The notes beneath the pieces were generated by a model. That model did no database searches and was not told the origin of the DNA. It saw nothing but the letters and a program-made list of their open reading frames with translations. A stretch of DNA of 60,099 nt, counting the filler, from Basidiobolus meristosporus CBS 931.73 (taxonomy: Eukaryota > Fungi > Basidiobolomycota), in NCBI GenBank assembly GCA_002104905.1. It is 3 parts of 3 records of this genome, joined end to end, with 100 filler letters (N's around TTAATTAATTAA, not from the genome) between each part and the next. Parts side by side here need not be neighbours in the genome. Positions count along the whole stretch, not along the records: positions 25,031 to 45,000 come from MCFE01001018.1; positions 45,101 to 60,099 come from MCFE01001160.1; 1 more part is not named here. The stretch is one strand, 5' to 3'. Shown here one piece after another: positions 36,065-46,203 of the stretch. A program made the translations under genes and the position numbers. Every line of letters begins with the position of its first letter. The first letter of the stretch is position 1.

Positions 36065-39000
36065 TGTTGTAAAAATTTGTAATTCCACCTAAATATTCAC
36101 CTAACTAAGTCACTTAGATCATTACCTTCAAATACTGGGGAATACTGACCAAATTCCTTGTAAGGATTTACTTGGAATATTTTCACCAAAATACCAGCCA
36201 CCCAGAACATGAGAAATTCTCAAAGCTGTCCCAACAGCCCCAAACTTTGCACACATGTTCTTGGGACCTTCCTTAGCTTATTCTACATGCTTGTTATACC
36301 AGGACCATGGAAAAGTATAAATACTACTTTTACATTGAATAAATCATTATGTGAAAACCACATAATTTATTTATCCTACCAATCACTTCCAATATGTCCA
36401 AGACTCTTACAACAGGTTATGAGCCCCAAGCTGTCACTCTCTGCAATGTCTACTACTGCTACTACTGGAATTTTCCCTCCGCTGAAATGTTGGATGGGTC
36501 TCATTACCAAGTGTGGAAGGTGAAGATGAAGATGCTGCTACAAGAAAGAGGCCTTTGGGATATTGTCATGGGAGAAGAATGCCTCCTAAAAACGTGGGAG
36601 AGGAAGCCTTTAAGTACCAGAAGAAAGAACAAAGTGCCTTTAGCTGCATTTGCCTCAATGTTAAGGACAAATTGCCAATTCAATGCTCAAGAGCAAAAAT
36701 GGCAAAGAATGCCTGGAAGGCATTATAAGACACCTACCAGTCATGTTCAGCTGCCAAGAAAATGTATTGTAGACAAAAATTCTTTACTCCAAAGATGATG
36801 CCAGGAGAAGAAATGAAAAATCTAATTAACAGAATTACCCTGCTGGTATATGAAAAGGAATCTGTGTGTGTACCAACTACTGATGAGGATGTGATATTTA
36901 CCATCCTGAATAGCCTGACAGACAAGTTTCAGGGCCTTCTATCAGCCCCAGAGTCCAGAACTGAAGATTGGACCTTAAATTACGTATATGGAAGGCTCCT
37001 GGATGAAGAATCACAAAAATGAAGCACCAATAAGAAGGAGGAAGAGAATGCTTCAATAGGCAATGATAACCAGCAAAGGAGGTACTCAAGACCCTACAAA
37101 TGCAACAGCAACCTGTCTTGCAACTACTGCAAAAGGAAAGGACACACATCAGACCAGTGCCTCAAAAAGAGAGATAATCAGCAAAAGAAGCCTGAATATG
37201 GAAATGCTGCAACAGCTGAAGATACACTGTTCAAATCTACACTAAATATGACTACAAACAAGGATTCTCAGACATGGTATATGGACTCTGGAGCTTCTCA
37301 ACACTTTACACACCAAAAAGAAATTTCTATCCAATATCAAGAAATTCCAGTTAAGAAGGTTTCATGGGTGACAATAGAACACTTGATGTAGTGGGAGAAG
37401 GAACTATCCAGGTAAACCTAAGAAGCAGTGAAGGAAGCCATAAACTGTTCTTTAAAGAAGTACTCTATGTACCAGAAATAGCCAAGAACCTACTATCTGT
37501 AAGCTACACCACAGCAGAAGGACTCAGTTTCAGCTTTAACAATTCTGGATGCAAGATGACTGATCATAATGGTGCCCATATTGCTTTGGGTATCAGAGAT
37601 CAGAATCTATATAAGCTGACTTATATTCCTTCATATTTGGAAGCCAATATAAGTAGCTTAAATGAAGAAACACCAATGCTTTGGCACAGGAGATTTGGGC
37701 ACATCAATTTTGATTATTTGTGCAAAATGATCAAAGATCAGTTAATTTCTGGAGTAAATATTGATCCCCAAGCAAATATGGAGCACTGTGAAGCCTGCAT
37801 ATATGGGAAACAAGCCAGACAACTGCTCAAGAGCTCTGGGCTAATCAAAACTAAGAAAAAATTAGATCTAATTCATTCAGATCTGTGTGGACATATACAA
37901 AATTTATCTTTAGGATGGATGAAGTATTTAATCACCTTTATTGATGATTATACAAGATACGCATGGGTCTACTTCATGGAGAGAAAGAAAGAAGCTCTGT
38001 CTAAGCTCAGGGAGTTCAAAGCCATGGTGGAGAGAGAAATCAGTGAAAAAATAAAAAAAAATATGCTCTGACAATGGCGGAGAATATACCTTAAAACTCT
38101 TCATCCACTTCTGCAAAATTTATGGGATAAAGCAAGAGACTACTGCACCATACTCCCCTCAGCAAAATGGAGTAGCAGTGCATGCAAACAGATCAATAAC
38201 TGATATGGCATGATCTATAATCTATGATCAAAAATTATCCTATGATTTTTGAGCAGAATCAGTTGCCACTGCTGTATACCTTAAGAATATGAGTTATAAC
38301 AGAATACTTTGCAATTCTACCCCATTTAAAGCATAGTATGGGTACAGACCAAGTGCAGAGCATCTAAGAATATTTGGGTGTACAGCATATGCCCAGTAAC
38401 TGCCTGGAAATCAGTCAAAATTTGAGCCAAAAAGTGTAAAATGCATATTTTTGGGTTACGGCAATGAGAGTAAAGCATACAGACTCTACAATACCAAAGC
38501 AAAGAAGCTAATCAAGTCCAGGGACTTGTTGTTTAATGCATATTCAAAATTTTCACAAAAAAAGACATCAGATGATGACAAAAATTTGATCTCAAGTCCA
38601 CAATTTGTCAGGATTGAATCAGAGCAAGACAATAAACTATTTTTCACTCCAGAGAACTCTGTAACCATAGTTTAGCCAGAATCAGTGCCCAGGAATATCC
38701 CAGAAGTGATTATTCTGGTATCAAATGCTAGGAGACCCAATTGGACAAGAAATAGCCCAATTTACTAAATCAATGAGGGTACAAACTTAGCCTATGCCTA
38801 TTCAGTCCATATTGATAAGCCCTGGACTGTAAAAGAGACCCTAAATAACCCTCAGACAAAGTTTTGGAGATCTACAATGACTGATGAATATCCGGCCCAA
38901 ATGCAAAATCAAGCTTGGGACTTAGTCAAATTACCAATCAACCAAAAATCAATTGGATGCAGATGGGTCTTCAAGACAAAATTCAAGGCTGATGGTTCAA

Positions 39001-39125
39001 TTGAAAGATACAAAGCAAGAATTGTGGCCAAAGGATACTCTCAAACAAAAGGACTTGACTATAATGAGACCTTTGCACCAGTAGCCAAGTTTAATTCCAT
39101 CAGATTAATATTTGCTATTGCAGCC
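36065..39125 (+). mobile_element. Degenerate copia (5' LTR 36065-36414, PBS, gag, PR, IN, start of RT)
   Basis: Colinear with 50329-53390 but with stops and frameshifts. Ends where LTR-B begins. Confidence 0.92.
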
Positions 39126-39436
39126 TGTTGTATCCAAGGGAAAAATGTAATAAAACTCTTGAATGAGTTATCCAAACCTAAGTGATAACTAAGCGCAGAA
39201 TCTTAGAATTGTCAAGGGTGACAGAAATATTAGCAGAGAAGTTCTGGTCTAATATTGGTTTGTATAAAGTTGAGCTAGGCTATAAAGGCAATAGAGTTGG
39301 TTTGCTATACAGGCAAGGCTTGGTGTTCTTGGGAATGCTAGATATGCTAGGCTTAGGTGGAAACTAGAATGGAATTGTTGAATTCTTAATTTTGCTGAGA
39401 CTCACACTAAACCAAAGGTTCAGTAATCTTTATTTA
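39126..39436. repeat. Partial LTR-B inserted in copia RT and itself interrupted by another copia
   Basis: TGTTGTATCCAAG start; matches 9522 and 48176. Confidence 0.75.
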
Positions 39437-40745
39437 TGTTGTAAAAATTTGTATTTCCATCTAAATATTCACATAACTTAGTCACTTAGATCATTACCTT
39501 CAAATCCTAGAGAATACTGACCAAATTCCTTGTTGAGATTTACTTGGAATATTTTCACCAAAATACCAGGTACCCAGAACATGAAAATTCTCAAAGTTGT
39601 CCAAACAGCCCCAAACTTTGCACACATGTTCTTGGGACCTTCTTTAACCTATTCTACATGTTTGTAATGCCAGGATCAGGTAAAAGTATAAATACTACTT
39701 TTGCATTCAATAAATCATTAAGTGAAAACCACATAATCTACTTGTTCTCCCAATCACTTCCAATATCTCCAAGACTCTTACAACAGGTTATGAGCCCCAA
39801 GCTGTCACTCTCTGCAATGTCTACTACTGCTATTACTGGAATATTTTCCTCTGCTGAAAAGTTGGATGGATCTAACTATCAAGTGTGGAAGGTGAAGATG
39901 AAGATGCTGCTACAAGAAAGAGGCCTTTGAGATATTGTCATGGGAGAAGAATGCCCTCCTAAAAACGTGGGAGAGGAAGCCTTAAAGTACCAGAAGAAAG
40001 AACAAAGTGCCTTTAACTGCATTTGCCTTAATGTCAAGGACAAATTGCTAATTCAATGCTCAAGAGCAAAAATGGCAAAGAATGCCTGGAAGGCATTAGA
40101 AGACACCTACCAGTCATGTTCAGCTGCCAAGAAAATGTATCTGAGACAAAAATTCTTTACTCCAAAGATGAAGCCAGGAGAAGAAATGAAAAATCTAATT
40201 AACAGAATCACCCTGCTGGTAGATGAGATGGAATCTGTGGGCGTACCAACTACTGATGAGGATGTGATAGTTACCATCCTGAATAGCCTGACAGACAAGT
40301 TTCAGGGCCTTGTATCAGCCCTAGAGTCCAGAACTGAAGATTTGATCTTAAATTACGTATATGGAAGGCTCCTAGATGAAGAATTAAGGAAATCAAGAGC
40401 CAATAAGAAGGAAGAAGAAAATGCTTTAATAAGCAATGATAACCAACAAAGGAGGTACCCAAGACCCTACAAAGACAACAGCAACCTATTTTGCAACTAC
40501 TGCAAAAGGAAAGGACACACATCAGACCGGTGTCTCAAAAAGAGAGATTATCAGCAAAAGAAGCCTGAATATGGAAATGCTGCAACAACTGAAGATAGAC
40601 TATTCATATCTGCACTAAATATGACCACAAACAAGGATTCTCAGATGTGGTATATTGACTCTGGAGCTTCTCAACACTTTACGCACCAAAAAGAACTTTT
40701 TACCCAATATCAAGAAATTCCAATTAAGAAGGTTTTCATGGGTGA
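39437..40745 (+). mobile_element. Copia 5' LTR (39437-39785), gag and protease, broken at ATGGGTGA
   Basis: Close to 50329-51640. The sequence switches abruptly to telomere-like repeats after GGGTGA. Confidence 0.92.
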
Positions 40746-40768
40746 GGGTTAGGGTGAGGGTTAGGGGG
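40746..40768 (+). repeat. Short telomere-like tract at a break junction
   Basis: GGGTTAGGGTGAGGGTTAGGGGG. Confidence 0.8.
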
Positions 40769-40802
40769 AGGGAAAGTCACCAAGTTGGTGAAATCTTTAT
40801 TT
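40769..40802 (-). mobile_element. Extreme 3' stub of a family-B telomeric element
   Basis: AGGGAAAGTCACC-loop-GGTGAAATCTTTATTT, as at 43743. Confidence 0.7.
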
Positions 40803-40805
40803 GAG

Positions 40806-41758
40806 TTAGGGGGATGATCATCACCAAAGGGTGAAATCTTTATTTAAATAATAAATAAAGAAGCCAAGTTTGAATATGAATATTTGAGATGCAGTAAGCC
40901 TACAAGATAAACTTGGACTTTGCTGTATCCCAAATATCCTCAATATCAAAGTCTAGAGGAGAGTGTAGCAAGACTGCTTGTTCACTGTAGTATTTCTTGA
41001 GGAAGTTTGTGACTTGAAGGGAAGGAGAGTTTTTCAACAAGCTGGTAAATCTATTGAGGAGTTCTTTTTCCAGAGAGAATGGCACAAAGAGTGGAATGTC
41101 CAAATGATGTCTGAATATATGCTCTGAGAGCTCCCAATCCAGCATATTTTTGACTTCTTCTCTAAAATCTTCAACAATGTCTTTGTCAAGAATAACTTCC
41201 AAGAGATCCCTGGCAATGTACTGAATGTTAATAATCTTAGGCATATGAATACCTAGGTCCTTGAGGTAGTTTCTTTGTTCTGATATTGGGAGATATCCTG
41301 CATTTCTGAAATAGCAAACAGCCCAGTTGGCAGTAGGAGGAGTATCAGGGCTGACAGGGAATCTTCTTCTGGCTTTAGAGTGCACTGGCTTAGGAGACTG
41401 TCTTGATGGAAGGGCAGCTGGTTTTGGATGAGCTTGAAGTGCTTGGGAGTAGGTTTGGGTACAAGTAGTAGAAGTTCCTGGTTGCTGAGAATTTTCAGAT
41501 TGACTGGATGAAGAGCTAATTGAGGGGTTGCAAGGTAAGGAAGAAGCTGAAAGAGAAGTGGAGAGGGCTGGGTGAAGTTCAGAAAAAGTTTTGAAAAGAA
41601 TTTGGATCTGAGATTTCAACATTGAGTTTTCAGCTTCAAGAAGAGAAACTCTTTGTTCAAGGTAAGAAGTCTGTAAAGAGTGAAAGTTGGGTAAAGACAT
41701 GGAAGTAGTAAATAAGAAGAAAGGAGTAGTTGGGGTGGGAGGGTGGGAAAATAGGTAA
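40806..41758 (-). mobile_element. Family C: ORF1-only, non-autonomous telomeric retroelement, apparently complete
   Basis: Pyrimidine-rich 5' leader, one ORF, a 3' double hairpin and a CCCCCTAA end shared with the LINE. No RT. Confidence 0.8.
40900..41700 (-). CDS. ORF1/gag-like protein of family C (266 aa from MSLPNF)
   Basis: N-terminal heptad/coiled-coil-like segment and Ser-rich linker. The C-terminal domain aligns with LINE ORF1 (LEVILD, L.W, FLK, WD.A). The track's 315-aa version is a chimera running into the neighbouring LINE. Confidence 0.8.
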   Translation of the reverse strand: MSLPNFHSLQTSYLEQRVSLLEAENSMLKSQIQILFKTFSELHPALSTSLSASSLPCNPSISSSSSQSENSQQPGTSTTCTQTYSQALQAHPKPAALPSRQSPKPVHSKARRRFPVSPDTPPTANWAVCYFRNAGYLPISEQRNYLKDLGIHMPKIINIQYIARDLLEVILDKDIVEDFREEVKNMLDWELSEHIFRHHLDIPLFVPFSLEKELLNRFTSLLKNSPSLQVTNFLKKYYSEQAVLLHSPLDFDIEDIWDTAKSKFIL

Positions 41759-43738
41759 GGGTTAGGGGGGAGACAGTCACCAACAGGTGAAATCTTTATT
41801 TCAATTGAAACAAAGAAGCCAGCGCTACTGTTGTAGCTTTGATACAAGAGTGTGTAGCTGAGGGGAATTTGTAGGTAAGTTAATAAGAAGTGATGATAGT
41901 TCTTCAGTGCTCAAGACACTGTTCAGTGGGAAGGGGGGTAGCAAGAGAGGTAAGAATGACTTGTGAACAACATTAATGAGGGGAATGTGATAAGGATTGA
42001 TATTTGTCATAAAGGGAGTGTGCTGCTGCAGATATTGCTGCCAAAGGTCTGTCAAGTACTTCAGGTAGGCCAGCTTGGGTTTTTCTGACTGCAGAATAAA
42101 TTCAGCAAACTTCTTGACTTCAGGATCTCCAAGTATAGTTCTCCAGCAGGAGCCAGGTGTTGTGTGGTGTGTTCTCTTCCAGGCCTTAATCAGTGGGTTG
42201 TTGCAGTTGTGAAGTCTGAGGTATAATCTGGTTCTTAGGTAGAGAAGTCTGATCTTATAGGGCATAAACCCAAAAGCACCAAGAATAGCATGTCTGTAGG
42301 GGCATTCAGGCAAATGAGGCACCAAGGAGGTAATGCACCATACTGCAAACTTGTCAAGCTTAGTGCAGTCTCTTGAAGTAAGAGAGAGAAGTGGTAAGCC
42401 AAATTCCAGGACAGGGAAGACAAACTGCTTGAGTAGAAGGAGGCAGCTGGGAGCTGAAGTTGTAGGAGGAGTAACAGCCAGTAGCTTGTGGAGTGCCTGT
42501 CTTGCTAGGATAATTCTCTTCTTCAGGTGTGCTCCAGAGTCTAGTCCAGTAGGAAGGAAAGGAAAGCCAAGATATGTAGCAGAAACCTGAGCAGGTAGAG
42601 TGGAGTTCTCCAAGTTGATGGGAGTGCCCAAAGGTACTGTCTTTGCAATGGAAAGCTGGAGATTATTCTTCTGCAGATACTGGTGGATGGTCTGGGAGTC
42701 TTGTTGCACATTGGAGGAGAATATTCTGATGTCATCAGCAAAGAGAGTAACCAGGCAGTCAGCTGAGAGTCTTGGGAAATCATTCAGGAAGATGGCAAAC
42801 AGTATAGGACCAAGCACAGAGCCTTGAACCACTCCATTAGGAACTGAGAACACTGGTGATTGCTCACTTGGGTGCAGAATTCTTGCTTGTGGATCCAGAA
42901 ACAGAGACCTGACAAGGAGGGTGAGAGAGGTACTGGAGAAGCATTGCAACTTGGACCAAAGCAGATTTCTGTCAACTGAATCAAAGGCCTTAGTAATATC
43001 AAACAGAACAGAGGGATACTTGCACTGGAGAGAGTGATCTTGGCTAAGTATGACTGCATATTCCAAGGAGAGGCCAGGAACAAAGCCAAACTGTGCAGGA
43101 TGAAACTTGAGGGAGTCAGAGTAGAGCTCCTGAGCAAGCAGAAGCTCAAACACCTTTCTGCAGGTGGGCAGCAGAGATATTGGTCTGTAGGAGCTAGGAT
43201 CCAGGTGCTTTCCTTTACCCTTGTACAGTGGCAGAACATTTGCAAAGGACCATTCCTCAGGAGTAGAAAGCTGGGCTGAGCATTGCTGAAACAGTGGAAG
43301 CAGAAGTGCAGACATGGCCTTGGAACTAGTCTTCAGAAGCTCATAGGAGATTGTGTCCACACCTGGAGCAGTAGAGTTGGGAAGCCTCTTGAGCACATTA
43401 TGGATTCTCTCTTGATCAAGTGCAAGTGGGATGGGCAGAGTCTTGAAGTCAGGATGAAAGCCAGGAGTTGAGTACTGCTTTGTAGAGAAGAAGATGTTAG
43501 CCAGCTGTTCTGTTGAAGGTAACTTCCTGGAAGAGGGCCTCATTGCCCTGTAGAGTCTTGATACTGTTCTTGTTATAGAGTTGGAAGATTGCAGAGGCAA
43601 GGAACTCATAATATGATCCCAGAGCTGAGTATGCAGAGTGTGGTGAATTGCCTTGGAGTGGTGTATTGCTGTCAGGAGGAGTTTCTCTGTTTTTGGGTTA
43701 GGGAAACTCAGGTAGCTTTGTTGCAGGGCTGAAACAAT
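41759..43738 (-). mobile_element. 5'-truncated telomeric LINE (family A), RT domain intact
   Basis: Near-identical to 56864-58840. YRPISLL, DITKAFDSV, GVVQGSVLGP and FADD motifs. 3' end fused to GGGTTAGGGGGG. Confidence 0.93.
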
Positions 43739-43933
43739 TTAGGGAGGGAAAGTCACCAAAGGAGGTGAAATCTTTATTTGATTTCAGACAAGTCTAACTA
43801 CAAATAAAGAAGCCAACTGGGAATAGAAGATTCCCAAAGTAAACACTAAGTTGAATATGAATAAATCTAAGCAAAAGTTAAGGCAGTATCCCAGAGTACA
43901 CTGGAGTTCAGGTTCATGGGGGAGTGAAGTAGA
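43739..43933 (-). mobile_element. Family B: 5'-truncated second ORF1-only lineage
   Basis: Minus strand encodes LLHSPMNLNSSVLWDTALTFA*, versus family C LLHSPLDFDIEDIWDTAKSKFIL*, followed by the shared 3' hairpins and TTAGGG. Confidence 0.75.
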
Positions 43934-43958
43934 TAGGGTTAGGGTTAGGGTTAGGGTT
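43934..43958 (+). repeat. Interstitial telomeric tract (about 4 TTAGGG units)
   Basis: TAGGGTTAGGGTTAGGGTTAGGGTT. Confidence 0.9.
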
Positions 43959-44587
43959 CTAGTGCTTTATTGGGAAATTTGCACAAGAAGTGCAATCTTG
44001 AAATATGACAAAGTCATATGAGTATAGCAACTATTATAAAATGAAAACTACTTTGCCAGTAAAAGGGGTGAAGGAAACTGTAAAAGCTATAAAGGAAAAG
44101 CTGGGGACACAAGAAATTTACAGTACCATTCATTGCCCTACACTGCAAGTAAGCTCAAGGAACATATAGGGAAGCTTTACCAGACTGAACTAAAGAATCT
44201 TGCTTCAGATCACAAAGGAAACAATGAGGACTGCAGAAGCTTTAAAGGAAACCAAGGTTCCCATAGTGATGGCTGACTGGGAAATCTACAGAAGCATTCA
44301 CTGATCCAAAAGAAGGAGGCAAGAGGCTAGAGTAATGTCATCAAAAGAAAATGAACCATAAGCTGAAGTTCAGGCACATGCATCAAGTCCAATCATGCCA
44401 AAGACAGCTGCAGAAGCTTGAAAGGAAACAGAAAGTCTCCATTGGGGTGACTCCAGGGGAAATCCACAGTCAGCCCTTTACATCACCAGAGGTGGGCAGT
44501 GTCTGAAAGAAAGGAAAGAAAGAGCAAGAGAAAAGGGAAGGAGAGAAGGAAAAAGGAAGGAGAGAAGAATGGGGTGGGTGGGTGGGA

Positions 44588-44820
44588 AATCTTATAGGTG
44601 AAGGATCTTGTTAAAGATCACATCACTAGGTTAGGGGAGATTGTTAGGGAAGGAGCATCAGGTCAGAAGACCCAATCTTATAGGTGAAGGATCTTGTTAA
44701 AGATCACATCACTAGGTTAGGGGAGATTGTTAGGGAAGGAGCATCAGGTCAGAAGACCCAATCTTATAGGTGAAGGATCTTGTTAAAGATCACATCACTA
44801 GGTTAGGGGAGATTGTTAGG
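44588..44820 (+). repeat. Subtelomeric 86-bp tandem repeat, about 2.7 copies
   Basis: Units start at 44588, 44674 and 44760. Each contains TAGGTTAGGGG and GTTAGGG. The third unit runs into the telomere. Confidence 0.92.
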
Positions 44821-45000
44821 GGTTAGGGTTAGGGTTAGTAGGTTAGGGTTAGGGTTAGGGTTAGGTTAGGGTTAGGGTTAGGGTTAGGGTTAGGTAGGTT
44901 AGGGTTAGGGTTAGGGTTAGGGTTAGGGTTAGGGTTAGGGTTAGGGTTAGGGTTAGGGTTAGGGTTAGGGTTAGGGTTAGGGTTAGGGTTAGGGTTAGGG
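44815..45000 (+). repeat. Telomere (TTAGGG)n, about 30 units, with a few variant units proximally
   Basis: Run of GGGTTA to the contig end. Confidence 0.97.
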
Positions 45001-45100
45001 NNNNNNNNNNNNNNNNNNNNNNNNNNNNNNNNNNNNNNNNNNNNTTAATTAATTAANNNNNNNNNNNNNNNNNNNNNNNNNNNNNNNNNNNNNNNNNNNN
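45001..45100. other. Artificial contig spacer
   Basis: 44 N + TTAATTAATTAA + 44 N. Confidence 0.97.
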
Positions 45101-45539
45101 ACTGGTTCGACTTGGAGAGGGCTCCACTCTCTTGGGCTGAGTATCCGCGCATCTCATCCATGAATGCCCGCTTTGGCTGCATCCCAAACATGGCCATGTT
45201 CATGTCCATTGTCATGGGGGTGTCTTTGTAGCTTTGCATCTCCATTGGGGTCGGGTCTTCCTCCATGGAAGTGTCTTCTGGCTGCTCCATCATCTGATAG
45301 CGGTGACGCTCTGGCATTGTCATCGTCATCATCATTGGCATCTGCTCTGACTCCATGTACTTTGGGGACCTGTGTGACTTGTATCTCATTGAGCATGAGC
45401 CGGACTGATACCTGCAAGCTGAAGTCTGGTAGGTGGTCTTGGCCACCGCGCTAACTCCAGTAGCAAGGTTATGCATTGGGGCGGCCAATGCGGACTGGAT
45501 CAGGATGTATGAGGAGAGCAGAGAGAAGGTCAGTTGCAT
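45101..45539 (-). CDS. Secreted methionine-rich protein, 3' end lost in the gap
   Basis: Start MQLTFSLLSSYILIQSALA-AP (signal peptide) at 45539, with TATAAAA about 60 nt upstream inside the track's longer ORF. 23 Met in 146 visible residues. Confidence 0.8.
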
Positions 45540-45894
45540 GGTCAGGCTGGAGTAGATCAGAAGTTGGATGAGAGATGGTAAGGTCAAAGCAGTCATTTTA
45601 TAGAAATCTAGCCTCATCAAGCAAGCTCTTCATGTGAGGGGGAGTATGATAGCATGGCGACAGATTACTCAATAGGCACATTTGGTTAATTATACTTGCG
45701 TGGTGGGATAGGTGATTGCATAGGGTCAATAATTCAACTTAGGTCTACCAAACTACTTTTTTTGGTTGAAAAAAGCATTTAGGATATTGCCGCATAGTAC
45801 ATGCCAAAAATACTCACTCCATGCTTTTGGCCCATCGACTTCCGGCTTTACCCACTTATCTGCATAGACAACATTCCAGACTGCCTACAGGTAT

Positions 45895-46203
45895 CCCCAT
45901 GAGAAATCTCACAGTTGGAATTCATTGGATTTTTAGCTGGTATTCTGATGGTATTTTGCTGGTATTCAGCTGGAGTTTCTGCATCACATTTCCAGTTGCA
46001 ATTTTTGGCGGAAGTACTGGGCAGCTGATTTTCAAATTTGGTATGAATATAAGTAGGCCTAGTCTTCCCTTGGAAAGGATACTTGCTTGCCTTCGGTGAA
46101 GTTAGTACATGATACACTGAGAGTTGTCACTCTTTGGAAAGTTGGATTTCAGCTGATATTATGATGGTATTCTGCTGGCCTTTTCTTAGTTTTTCTCTTA
46201 GGG
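45895..46203. mobile_element. MITE-like element, same family as 3413-3732
   Basis: TIR CCCCATGAGAAA / TTTCTCTTAGGG flanked by TAT on both sides; GCTGGTATT repeats. Confidence 0.7.

Noticed and set aside
40769-40870. Hammerhead ribozyme or Penelope/Athena interpretation of the 3' hairpins
   Set aside because: No CUGANGA core or correctly placed GAAA/UH on either strand, and the RT is LINE-type with an APE domain.
44588-44820. CRISPR-like appearance of the 86-bp repeats
   Set aside because: Units are identical with no unique spacers, in a eukaryotic context.
24931-45100. TTAATTAATTAA motifs, gene order across spacers, and an 'interstitial' telomere at 45000
   Set aside because: These are assembly linkers. 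The telomere is at a contig end and cross-spacer adjacency is meaningless.
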